From a virus: 64,000 nucleotides of DNA. The notes under the pieces were generated by a model. That model was given only the letters and a program-made list of their open reading frames with translations. It had not been told where the DNA came from and made no database searches. A program made the translations under genes and the position numbers. Every line of letters begins with the position of its first letter. The stretch's first letter is position 1. The stretch is taken from the IMG/VR virus record IMGVR_UViG_3300025009_000052. One strand, 5' to 3'. Positions 28,539-38,091 of this stretch are shown here, in pieces.

Positions 28539-31500
28539 ATGGATAAGTTACAGGATTTACTAGAAAAAATAGAAGAAGTAATAGAGCAAGATCTTCAGAA
28601 ACAACATATTTCCGATCTCTTCAAAGGTGGTAAAAAAGCTAATATCGGCGAAACCAGAACTTGGGATGGAAAAGACTATATCAAAACCCAAGATGGTTGG
28701 GACTATGTTGCTCAGGGGCATGAGCCAAAAACTAATGAGCAGCCTAAACAACCTCCAGAAGTTCAAAAACCAGTTTCAGATATTAAAACTCCTCATGAAG
28801 TAAAATCTCCAGAGCCTCAAGTATCAAAGCCCCAGGAAGAAACAGAACAAACGAAAGAAGTTGTTGAGTCACCAAGACAAGAAATTTCCGAAACCTCAGA
28901 AGAAAAACAAGAAGAATATGTAAACGCTCGTAAATCCAAGGTTTCTAACTTGGGTAAAGATATAAAAGGCTCAGCTAGACATAAAAGACAATATAGCTCT
29001 ATTAAAGATATGGGAACTGCCGAAATATCCGATATTACCGTTAAAAACCTATTGAAACAATTCCCTATCAATCTAATAGACGATGTAGCTAAGGACAATC
29101 CAATTATCCCCTATGTAGCCAACCAAATTTTAAATAGATTTCCTGCTAGTCCAAAACACGAAGTTCAAAAAGAAATGTATTTGGAAACTTTTGAATATGT
29201 TAGAAATAGAGTTCAAGAGCTGTCTAAACAAAAAGACTTATTATTTACCGACGTTATTTCAGCTATCCAAAAAGAAATTGTTGCTAAGATTAAAGAAAAC
29301 AGGGCTTCTGAAAACTATGTAAGAGGTTCCGACGACTTCTTAGTTCCCTATGTAAATAAAACCTTAAATTTTAGAAAAACAAAGGGCTCTGTTGGTCAAG
29401 ACGTTGAGGATTTAGTAAATGCTTTTGCTAGAACACTACCTGAATCCGATCAGGATGGGTTAAGTGTTGGTTATATGCTTAAGGAAACTAGACAAGCTGC
29501 TATGGCTGAATTTTATACCGAAGAGGGCGTAAGAAAAATAAAAGACTTGGTGGAAGGAAAGTCTTTAAGTAAAGTTTTTGAAATAGTCTCAGAAGGTAAA
29601 AAATCTAAAAAGTTTTCTGTAGCCGAGATCTATACTCAAGACGCTAAAAGAACTGGCCCAGATACTAAATTAACTACCGAAGAAGACCAAGCTAATTTTA
29701 TTATAAAATCCTGTGAAATGAAGGGTTTACAGTGGGGAAATAGTGTTACTGACGAAGAAAGAAAACACCATTTGAAAATGTCTTCCGAAGCCTTTAAGGA
29801 TTTGGCAGATATATTAGACTTACCCGAAAAAATGATTTCATTTAATGGTAGGTTAGGGTTAGCAATTGGAGCCAGAGGCCACGGAACTGCTTTAGCTCAT
29901 TATGAACCAAAAGAAATTGCTATTAATTTAACTAGGTCGAAAGGTGTCGGATCATTGGCTCATGAATGGGGCCATTTTTTAGACAATATTTTATCCAAAA
30001 CTCATGGTGTAAATGCTCACCCAGAAAATCAATTCTTATCCGAATCTGCTGTTTGGAATATGGGTGATAAATCTCCGGTTCAAGAATCTATGAAAGAATT
30101 GGTTAAATCAGATGCTTGGAAAAGCTTTAAAGACTCTACCCGTGATGCTCTTAATGATTTAGCTAAACACGGAATTAAGGAAAAGCCTAGCTATTGGATG
30201 TCACCTAAGGAATTATTCGCCAGAGCTTTTGAAGGATATATTAGTTATAAATTAAAATCCAAAGACAGAGAAAATACATATTTATCTGGTGGCAGCGAAG
30301 GTTTAATGTGGTGTACCAAGGAACAAAAAGAAAAATTGGCACCATATTTCGATAAATTTTTTGAAGAATTGAAAAAATCAGATCATATTAAGAAGGCTAT
30401 GGATTTAGAAAACGATTTGCAGAAAGGAAGTCTTCAAAGTAAAATGGGTAATCCCAAAAAACAATTAAGACCTCAAGAGACTAATACTATGATCAATTGG
30501 GTATCAGAGCAGCAACCTAGGGAAAATATCCCAGAAGCCACCAATAAAGCCAAACAGAGGTTTTTTCATAAGCTACATTCTCAAACAGAAGTAAAAAAAC
30601 ATCCTAAAACTGGGGAGAGAATGTTTTTAATGCATAGGGGTACTGAGACTGATTCGGACACACACAATACATCACTATCATCTTGGACGCCAAACTACAA
30701 TATAGCTAATGATTTTGCCGACAGTATTGACGACGATGGTACGAAAAGTACAGTTCATTCTGCTTGGATACCAGAAAGTGCTATTCATAATTACATACCG
30801 AATTCAATTGATAGAGATATTAAAGAATACGATGAGTTAATCCCGAGAGAGCAGGAGTACATCGTTAAGCCACATAATTTTTTACATGCTAATTGGCAAA
30901 AATTACCTAACAAAGAAGGACTTGATCGTAAGATAAACTGGAAACAGCGAATATATGGTAAAGGGGGTAGGCTGGCAGCCGGCGAAAATATAGAAAATGA
31001 TTTGACTAAATCTAAAATTAACGCAGATGAAGAAGGTGAAATAATTAAGAAAAATAAAGAAAAAGCTGAGGCCAAAAGAAAACACAAATTTAAAGCTGCT
31101 CAGTGGACGCACCCAAATGGACACCCAAGATGTATTATTTGTGGTGACGAAGAAAGGATTGATGGATATTGTAGTCCATCTTTAGATAAATCCCAAACTA
31201 AATGGCATAAAAGAAACGGTATTTTACAGAAAAGTTGGAGAAAAGCTATTGCAACAGGAGCCGCCCTATCAACAATGTTAGTGGGAGCCCACAATATGGG
31301 TCAAAACAAAGAACCTGGCAGGCAACCTTCTTCTGTTGATCAGTCTCAAATAAACCAAGTAAAAATTGCCCCAGACCATGGTTTAAAATCTGACATGTTA
31401 CATAATATTAAGAATAATCCTATTGTTGAAAACAATGTTTTACCTAAAGGTAGGTTTGGACAATATAGCCTGTCTCAAAACGCTATTAAAAGTGTTTTTA

Positions 31501-31781
31501 ATAAAAACCAAACATTAGGTGAAAGGTATGGCCATTTATTAAAACTTTCCCCCAATGAATTAGATCAACAACTAAAAAACGATCCTAATTTAGACCATCA
31601 ATTGGCAGATTCTCATTGGCATAATTTACAGAGTGAGTTTGGAAACAAACCTGACCATATAGCCCATGCTTGGTATCAAAATCCAGAGAATACCAGACAG
31701 GAAAGCCAACTTAAGGGAGGTGATTCTAATTTTAATAATCACTTCTATGTGTCCAAAATCATTAAGAATCTTAAAAAATAG
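28539..31781 (+). CDS. Large polyvalent protein: DdrB/LPD1 zincin + R-S-E ADP-ribosyltransferase + lysozyme-like domain
   Basis: LQWGN...LAIGARG...AHYEP...SLAHEWGHFLD...ELFARAFE; HRG...SSWT...EQEYIV; FGQYSL...AHAWYQ...YVSKI. Confidence 0.75.
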   Translation: MDKLQDLLEKIEEVIEQDLQKQHISDLFKGGKKANIGETRTWDGKDYIKTQDGWDYVAQGHEPKTNEQPKQPPEVQKPVSDIKTPHEVKSPEPQVSKPQEETEQTKEVVESPRQEISETSEEKQEEYVNARKSKVSNLGKDIKGSARHKRQYSSIKDMGTAEISDITVKNLLKQFPINLIDDVAKDNPIIPYVANQILNRFPASPKHEVQKEMYLETFEYVRNRVQELSKQKDLLFTDVISAIQKEIVAKIKENRASENYVRGSDDFLVPYVNKTLNFRKTKGSVGQDVEDLVNAFARTLPESDQDGLSVGYMLKETRQAAMAEFYTEEGVRKIKDLVEGKSLSKVFEIVSEGKKSKKFSVAEIYTQDAKRTGPDTKLTTEEDQANFIIKSCEMKGLQWGNSVTDEERKHHLKMSSEAFKDLADILDLPEKMISFNGRLGLAIGARGHGTALAHYEPKEIAINLTRSKGVGSLAHEWGHFLDNILSKTHGVNAHPENQFLSESAVWNMGDKSPVQESMKELVKSDAWKSFKDSTRDALNDLAKHGIKEKPSYWMSPKELFARAFEGYISYKLKSKDRENTYLSGGSEGLMWCTKEQKEKLAPYFDKFFEELKKSDHIKKAMDLENDLQKGSLQSKMGNPKKQLRPQETNTMINWVSEQQPRENIPEATNKAKQRFFHKLHSQTEVKKHPKTGERMFLMHRGTETDSDTHNTSLSSWTPNYNIANDFADSIDDDGTKSTVHSAWIPESAIHNYIPNSIDRDIKEYDELIPREQEYIVKPHNFLHANWQKLPNKEGLDRKINWKQRIYGKGGRLAAGENIENDLTKSKINADEEGEIIKKNKEKAEAKRKHKFKAAQWTHPNGHPRCIICGDEERIDGYCSPSLDKSQTKWHKRNGILQKSWRKAIATGAALSTMLVGAHNMGQNKEPGRQPSSVDQSQINQVKIAPDHGLKSDMLHNIKNNPIVENNVLPKGRFGQYSLSQNAIKSVFNKNQTLGERYGHLLKLSPNELDQQLKNDPNLDHQLADSHWHNLQSEFGNKPDHIAHAWYQNPENTRQESQLKGGDSNFNNHFYVSKIIKNLKK

Positions 31782-31816
31782 TTTGATTTGAATTAGCTTC
31801 TGTGGTAATATATAGT

Positions 31817-32299
31817 ATGGGATTTAAATATTTTTTAACCACCGCCTTATTATTAGTTACAATATGTACTTTTGGGGAAAACGATAACCCAAAACGAACC
31901 TACAGACAGATCTTAAAAAATAAGCCCAATATAGATAAGAAATATGCGACTAAATTAGCTAAACTTATTGATAGACATAGCATAAAACATAAGATACCAG
32001 CCCATATCTATACCGCCATATTAATGCAAGAAAGTGGGTATAAATTGGGCGCTAAAAGGTGTATTAAGAAGTGTACTGATTTTGGGATTAGCCAAATTAA
32101 CCATAGAACAGCGAAAAGCTACAACCTAGATAGGTCTAAATTACTGAAAGACTTAGACTATTCGATTTGGGCCGGTGCTATGGTGTTGGCAGATTTTAAA
32201 AGATACAAAAAAACTGAAAAGCGTTGGTGGTCAAGATATAATGCGTCAAGTAAACATAAAAGACTGGAGTATGAAAAACTAGTTAAAAGGTATTTTTAA
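31817..32299 (+). CDS. Lytic transglycosylase (SLT) with N-terminal signal peptide
   Basis: AILMQESGY (catalytic Glu), DFGISQIN, RYN; MGFKYFLTTALLLVTICTFG leader; own leaderless promoter. Confidence 0.88.
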   Translation: MGFKYFLTTALLLVTICTFGENDNPKRTYRQILKNKPNIDKKYATKLAKLIDRHSIKHKIPAHIYTAILMQESGYKLGAKRCIKKCTDFGISQINHRTAKSYNLDRSKLLKDLDYSIWAGAMVLADFKRYKKTEKRWWSRYNASSKHKRLEYEKLVKRYF

Positions 32300-32550
32300 T
32301 GAACAAAAAAGATCAAGCTATTGTGGATAAAGCTATCTCTATGGATTGGGACGATCTTGCCCATTCTATTATTAAATTAGAAATAGAATCAGATAAGATA
32401 CAGTCTGGTGAAATAGAAGGGAACTTAAAACTAATACTTAAAACAATTTATATTTATGAATCTGTTAAATATCACAGAATACTGGAAACTTCTGGCCAAT
32501 GGAAAGTGCCTGAATTTGAGTTTCCTTATGGCGACGATTTCGACCTATAA
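32299..32550 (+). CDS. Hypothetical protein
   Basis: TAATG coupling to the SLT gene. Confidence 0.6.
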   Translation: MNKKDQAIVDKAISMDWDDLAHSIIKLEIESDKIQSGEIEGNLKLILKTIYIYESVKYHRILETSGQWKVPEFEFPYGDDFDL

Positions 32551-32608
32551 TCCTTAAGAATCAAATAAATACGGTTAAAAGACAATCTTTAGCGTTAAGG
32601 AGATAATA

Positions 32609-33136
32609 ATGGATATTAAACCAGCAGATATAGAAAAAATTGACGTTTTAGGTGAACTAAATGATGAAAACGTAAAAATCATAAAAACCTTTGGTGGCTA
32701 TTTCCTAGCAGTTGGCAATAAAAAGAAAGGTCAAAAAAGCCCCGAAGTATTGGCCGCAGGTAGTCATCCAGCCTTAGTATCTCATCAATTATGTAAGGAG
32801 TTTGAATCTTTTAAACCAGCCTTGCAGAAGTCAGAGCATACAAATACTATTGTTGAGGAGGTTACCTCTAAGCTTGACCCTACTATTGTAAATAAAGGAT
32901 TTGAAGCTTTTATCTTATCTGAAAATAACAAAATTAACTTTATAGTTTCTAGGTTTAATTTGGATATTGTTAAGTACGAGGCTGAAATTAGCAATAACTG
33001 TTTATCTTTTTCTAAACATAGTAGTAACGATATCGCTAAGAATTATCCCGAATTACAAAAAAACTTAGCATCCATTATGAACGATAAGTGTACGGAATTA
33101 AACATAAATAAGCTGGATTTAATTAAAGGCAAATAA
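32609..33136 (+). CDS. Hypothetical late protein
   Basis: AATCTTTA and AAGGAG upstream; internal LQKS. Confidence 0.6.
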   Translation: MDIKPADIEKIDVLGELNDENVKIIKTFGGYFLAVGNKKKGQKSPEVLAAGSHPALVSHQLCKEFESFKPALQKSEHTNTIVEEVTSKLDPTIVNKGFEAFILSENNKINFIVSRFNLDIVKYEAEISNNCLSFSKHSSNDIAKNYPELQKNLASIMNDKCTELNINKLDLIKGK

Positions 33137-33137
33137 T

Positions 33138-33398
33138 ATGGCGGTTGATTTTAAAAAGATCTATGAACTTAGAGAGCAACTAAATGAGTTGCTAGAACAA
33201 AGACCTGAGATGAAATATTATCAGGAATTTATTGATAAAGAATTGGAAAAAGCCGGTGATAATCCACATAATAGGTGTGCGGTTCTAGAAAACCTTCTAA
33301 GAGATAATCAAAAAAAGCTAAGAGAGGCCTGGCAAGAATTACAACATGATTGTAAAAAACTTAAAAAATTAGCAGATAGACTAAAAGAAGATGAGTAA
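33138..33398 (+). CDS. Hypothetical coiled-coil protein
   Basis: In operon. Confidence 0.6.
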   Translation: MAVDFKKIYELREQLNELLEQRPEMKYYQEFIDKELEKAGDNPHNRCAVLENLLRDNQKKLREAWQELQHDCKKLKKLADRLKEDE

Positions 33399-34266
33399 GA
33401 TTAACGTACTTCCAATCGAAATACCAGATATCGGCTTCACTTTTGAGGCTCAAGAGCAGTTTGCTACAGACAAGGGAATTTTACTTGAGCATTGGGTAGC
33501 TATACCTTCTCCTATTGGTTTAAAAGATAGGGGTGACTATCGAAGATCTGGCGAACTAGACGTTGTTTCTGAAAACGGGTTTATCTATAAAAAAGTAGGT
33601 GAATTTAAGGGTACTATTGTTAGTAATAGTAAACACAATACCAACACAGACGGTGGAATTTACGATAATTCAACGGCTAGATTAGTATTGCCTAAATATT
33701 ATCAATGTCATATTAATGGCCCAGACAAAAAAGAAATATCTCTATTGCCTGGCGATCGTATTTATGCCAAAAATATAGAATTAAAAGTAGATAACTATCA
33801 AAGAGCTGAATATGGTGTTAAACATAATGACTATCTACAATTTCCAGCTAAATGTGTAAGTTACTTAATAGATTCTCAAAATATTGAGTACATATACAAT
33901 GTCGATTTCACGACCGACCAGTATGGTAATATTCAGTGGATATCTGGTAATCGAAATCCAGGTATTGATATTTCTACAGGAAAAGGTAGGGTTTATTCTA
34001 TTAGATATACATATTTAGCATATTGGTATGTTTCCCAACTAATAAACGAAATTAGAGTTACTAATGATGGTGTAAATCCAGTTAGGCTCCCTTATCAATG
34101 TATGATTCAAAGAGAGTATGTTTACCATAACGCAATTAGAAAGGCAACGGAAAATATCAATTCAACCAAAGAACAGCCGAAAAGTAGAACGCAAGTTAAA
34201 CCGGACGATTCTTTAGATCCTAATAAATATGATGTAAAGGTTGATATGGGGCAGTTTGAGGAATAA
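33391..34266 (+). CDS. Probable neck/head-closure protein
   Basis: PSP.G...G.IY, DRI, RVYSIRYTY...WYV motifs resemble SPO1/Twort-like neck proteins. Confidence 0.55.
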   Translation: MSKINVLPIEIPDIGFTFEAQEQFATDKGILLEHWVAIPSPIGLKDRGDYRRSGELDVVSENGFIYKKVGEFKGTIVSNSKHNTNTDGGIYDNSTARLVLPKYYQCHINGPDKKEISLLPGDRIYAKNIELKVDNYQRAEYGVKHNDYLQFPAKCVSYLIDSQNIEYIYNVDFTTDQYGNIQWISGNRNPGIDISTGKGRVYSIRYTYLAYWYVSQLINEIRVTNDGVNPVRLPYQCMIQREYVYHNAIRKATENINSTKEQPKSRTQVKPDDSLDPNKYDVKVDMGQFEE

Positions 34267-34309
34267 TACTAATCTTTAGAATAGTAAAAATAATGGAGTT
34301 AACATAACT

Positions 34310-34726
34310 ATGAAGCTAAAAAACAGAAGAAAAGCCAACAATAATTATGACCCATCTAGTGTAGATTCAAATAGTTACAACGATGCTGCTGGGGCTAGAA
34401 AAACTATAGAAGTCGGCCACCACCTAAAGCCTATTAAAACAGGGGCTACCACCTTTACTACTGACTGTTCTACAAAAACTAAAGTTGGGAAAGGCATTTC
34501 TCTAGCTATTTTTGGTGTAGCAGACGGAAGTGTAACTATTGGCGACTCAACTGTCGCTATATTAGCTACTGGGGTTACGGACGCCAATGGATTTGTAGGG
34601 ATTCCAGTAATGGCGGAACATTGGATATACCTTAACACCTACACTTATGACTATATTATTACAAGCTCTGCCGATATTAAAGTTTTTATAATTGAAGACG
34701 ATACTTATATAATAAATACACCATAA
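34310..34726 (+). CDS. Probable virion protein
   Basis: AATCTTTA upstream; beta-rich. Confidence 0.5.
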   Translation: MKLKNRRKANNNYDPSSVDSNSYNDAAGARKTIEVGHHLKPIKTGATTFTTDCSTKTKVGKGISLAIFGVADGSVTIGDSTVAILATGVTDANGFVGIPVMAEHWIYLNTYTYDYIITSSADIKVFIIEDDTYIINTP

Positions 34727-35619
34727 TGAAAGAAAAAGAAAGAAATCTAATTAAAAGACTCTTAGGAGAGGATATCCTAGACAAATTGGAGAAATCTGAA
34801 ATTTCTGGTGGTATTCTTAAGCTTAATACAAATACAGTTACCGACCCTAACGATATTAAAATAGCCTTACAAATCGTACCTAGATCTGTTTTAAGCTATC
34901 TGTTTATGAACTTAAAAGATAAACAAATAGGCGATATTATTGATTTGGACTTGCCATTTGCTGAAGCTAAGCTACATATTAATAAACTATCTCCTGATAA
35001 TTATAGTGGCGATTTAGTTAAAGAGGGTAAGAAAATAGCAGAATTTAAATATAGATCATTGCCATCTATTGGTTTGATCTTAATGTCCAGTTTGGAACTA
35101 TATGATACTGATCAGCTTAACAGATTGGGACCTGCCGACTATCAATCCGATAAGGCTGAAAGTTTACAAAATCTAATAGATGAAAGACTTAAGCTATACG
35201 ATTTGGTTCATAGTGTTGTTGATAAGAAGATTTCAGAAAGAGAAGCTATAAAAGATTTAATTCATCAAAGGATTACTTCTGAGTTATTTAGACCTCAAAT
35301 AACAATTGCTCCACAACCTGAAGAGCCAGAGCCTGATAAGAAAAGTAAGTTAAAACAATTCTTAGAAGATAGAGTAAATAGGGCTCCAGTAAAAGAAGAA
35401 TCTATTGAAATGGACAAGAAAGAAATTAAATGTCCTGATTGTGGTGGGATTTTATGTAAGGGCGATGATAAGATAAGTCCCTGTATTTGCTTTGGTGAAA
35501 ATATGGGTAAAGAGATAAAGGTAAAAAAAATAGAAAACGGTAGGGTAAAAATAAAATTCCCCAAAGATTTTGGTGCTGAAAATATTGAGATGTTACTTGA
35601 AGCTTTAAAAAATAAATAA
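34726..35619 (+). CDS. Hypothetical protein with C-terminal Zn ribbon
   Basis: CPDCGG...CIC; N-terminal LEKS. Confidence 0.6.
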   Translation: MKEKERNLIKRLLGEDILDKLEKSEISGGILKLNTNTVTDPNDIKIALQIVPRSVLSYLFMNLKDKQIGDIIDLDLPFAEAKLHINKLSPDNYSGDLVKEGKKIAEFKYRSLPSIGLILMSSLELYDTDQLNRLGPADYQSDKAESLQNLIDERLKLYDLVHSVVDKKISEREAIKDLIHQRITSELFRPQITIAPQPEEPEPDKKSKLKQFLEDRVNRAPVKEESIEMDKKEIKCPDCGGILCKGDDKISPCICFGENMGKEIKVKKIENGRVKIKFPKDFGAENIEMLLEALKNK

Positions 35620-35629
35620 GGATCGATAT

Positions 35630-37042
35630 ATGGATAAAATTTATGTTAGTATTAATGGTGATAATATCGGTTCTGAACTTGGCCAAGCTATTGCTTCTGA
35701 CGATCACGAAGGTCTGGGCAAATTATCCCAATCAATTAAAGATAACCATTCTGAAATAGACCAATGGGTTGAATCTAAACAAGGTCGAGTGATAGTGTCG
35801 TCTGGGGACGAATCAATATTTGAGATTCCAATTGAAGCTGCTCAAGAATTAGAAGGAATTCGTGATAGATATAAAGAGATGTCTGGCCATAGTTTAACTA
35901 TTGGCGTTGGTTCAACAATGAGCGAGTCTTCCAAGGCTTTAATCTACGGTAAGATGAATGGAAAGAACCAAATTGTTGAGTATTCACCAGAAGTAGATAA
36001 ATTTTTAGCAGAAAACAATGTAGATGAAGATTCTGAAATTCCAGAAGATGAAAATATTCAGGAAAATGCAGATTCCTCAATTGAGGACGACTCCGATGTT
36101 CCAGAAGAGTCAGAAGATAGTGATTTAGAAGGTATACCTGAGGAAGATAATATTCCAGCAAGCGAAGAAGTCTCTGAAGAAGTCTCTGAAGAAGATATGT
36201 CCGAAGGTGATACTGTTCCAGAAGATGAAGTTAAGGAAACTGGTTTTGACGAGGAATCTACGGAACCAGAAATTGACAATATTGATGAGTCCACAGAAGG
36301 CGAAGAAATGCCTGAAGAGGATGTGTCCGAGGAAGGTGAAGAAAATTCAGAGGAAAATTTAGAAGATATATCTGAAGAAGCTCCAGAATTATCCGAAGAT
36401 GACGAGAATTATTTCGATATAAATCCAGACGAAATAGAAGAATTAAAACCCGAACACGTTGCTAATGGTGACTTAACATATCAAGGCGATCAACAAGAAA
36501 ATTCAAAAGACGAAGAGGACTATGTTGGCCCACAAGATGAGGATGGTTTAGAGGGAGACTCTGAGGGTGAAGAGATGCCTGAAGAAAATTCAGAAGAAGG
36601 TGGCGATAGATATGATATGTTATCTAATATGATACATGGCCATTTATCTGACCAACAAGACCCTAATGAATCCGAAGAAATGTCAGAAGGCGAAGAAATA
36701 CCTGAAGATATGCAAGACGGTCAAGAAGATAATAGTTCTGAATTAAAACAAGATATTTTCAATGCATTGCAGGGTTTTAAGCAAAATAAGGCTATGTTAG
36801 AAGACGCTAAAGAAAATAATCCAGAATTATATCAATCTCTCATTACTATGCTTAGGTCTATGATTCAAATGGCCAAACAACTAAATGGTTATGATCCAGA
36901 AGAAGATATGCAAGATGCCGATGGTCGTAGTGAGATTGAAGAAAGTTTACCTCATGCTGGGGAGTTTCAAGATGATTCTGAAATGCCAGAAGATGCTTTA
37001 CAAAACCCAGATGACGTAAAAAAAAACCCCTTAAATCAATAA
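35630..37042 (+). CDS. mCpol-like palm domain + acidic disordered linker + helical C-terminal domain
   Basis: YVSINGDNIG...GRVIVSSGDE...LTIGVG.TMSES.KALIYGK.NGKNQI. Confidence 0.7.
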   Translation: MDKIYVSINGDNIGSELGQAIASDDHEGLGKLSQSIKDNHSEIDQWVESKQGRVIVSSGDESIFEIPIEAAQELEGIRDRYKEMSGHSLTIGVGSTMSESSKALIYGKMNGKNQIVEYSPEVDKFLAENNVDEDSEIPEDENIQENADSSIEDDSDVPEESEDSDLEGIPEEDNIPASEEVSEEVSEEDMSEGDTVPEDEVKETGFDEESTEPEIDNIDESTEGEEMPEEDVSEEGEENSEENLEDISEEAPELSEDDENYFDINPDEIEELKPEHVANGDLTYQGDQQENSKDEEDYVGPQDEDGLEGDSEGEEMPEENSEEGGDRYDMLSNMIHGHLSDQQDPNESEEMSEGEEIPEDMQDGQEDNSSELKQDIFNALQGFKQNKAMLEDAKENNPELYQSLITMLRSMIQMAKQLNGYDPEEDMQDADGRSEIEESLPHAGEFQDDSEMPEDALQNPDDVKKNPLNQ

Positions 37043-37332
37043 GTTCACTTCCAGACAATCCAACTAAACACATTCCTATACCACAATCTCCAGTAGGTGC
37101 TGAAAAAGACGGTAAAATGAAAGTGGTTGATGGTACAACGGGGCGTGAATCCTGGAGAGGCGTGAGGCGTGGAATTCTGCGTGATTTTGATTCTGATCCT
37201 ACCTCTAAAAACTACAATAAATCCCAAATGAAAAAAGCTCCTCACCATTCTGCCCACGAAGGTGGGAAGCGTAGAGGGTCGGTTCCTCATATGGGATATA
37301 GGGATACTAAAGAAGGGCCAGAGGAACAATAG
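37021..37332 (+). CDS. -1 frame extension of 35630..37042 (probable frameshift product)
   Basis: The -1 frame opens just after TGA 37012 at the A9 run and reads KKPLKSISSLPDNPTKHIP...GPEEQ; weak RBS for the internal ATG 37117. Confidence 0.6.
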   Translation, partial: KKPLKSISSLPDNPTKHIPIPQSPVGAEKDGKMKVVDGTTGRESWRGVRRGILRDFDSDPTSKNYNKSQMKKAPHHSAHEGGKRRGSVPHMGYRDTKEGPEEQ

Positions 37333-37335
37333 AAG

Positions 37336-38091
37336 ATGTCTAATTTAAAACTTGATATTGATATTGAATCTATTGTAAAAGACTTCAAAGAAGTTAAGAA
37401 ACAGGTTGAAGCTGAGTTGGTGCAGGGGGTACAAGCGTTGGCTTCGATGACAAACGCACGACTTTATGAGGTGTCAAGAGACGGTTTAAAATCCCTTAGA
37501 AAAAAATACCAAGATGCTATAGAATTTACCAACCCTGAGGCTAATCTATGGATAGTTTCACTAAAAGAAGAAGCTATGTTTATTGAGTCGGGGAGGAAAA
37601 GTGGATGGATGTCTGAATTACTTAATGGTAAATCTGCTAAAACAAGTAAAGATGGAAAAAAATATGCTATTATCCCATTCGAGATGTCTAAAAATCCATC
37701 GGAACAAACACCAAAAGCCCAGGACTTAACCAATCAAATCAAAGCTTTTTTAAAGCAGCAAGGTGTTAGTTATAAGAAAATAGAACATAATCAAGATGGT
37801 AGTCCTAGACTTGGATTACTCCATAAATTTGATATAGACTCTGCTAGGCCTAGTCCGATGGCTAAAGATCCGGCATTGAAGGGACTTTCTATTTATCAAC
37901 ATAAAATGAGTGATGGAAGTATTAAAAGACAACATATGGTTTTTAGAATTATACACGAATCTCACCAATCTCAGGGGAAATGGGTCCATCCTGGTCTAGA
38001 GGCGAAGAATTTTATGGATTCGGTGTTTTCATGGGCGTGTGAGCAGTGGGAACAAACCATCCTACCGTCTATCTTAAAAGACTACAAATAG
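37336..38091 (+). CDS. Virion morphogenesis/neck protein
   Basis: A.FIE.G...GKKYAIIPF...FR.......W.HPG...NFMD pattern of SPO1/Twort-like structural proteins. Confidence 0.6.
   Translation: MSNLKLDIDIESIVKDFKEVKKQVEAELVQGVQALASMTNARLYEVSRDGLKSLRKKYQDAIEFTNPEANLWIVSLKEEAMFIESGRKSGWMSELLNGKSAKTSKDGKKYAIIPFEMSKNPSEQTPKAQDLTNQIKAFLKQQGVSYKKIEHNQDGSPRLGLLHKFDIDSARPSPMAKDPALKGLSIYQHKMSDGSIKRQHMVFRIIHESHQSQGKWVHPGLEAKNFMDSVFSWACEQWEQTILPSILKDYK

Noticed and set aside
35630-37042. Type III CRISPR-Cas (Cas10) locus
   Set aside because: Only a single small palm-like domain; no other cas genes or array
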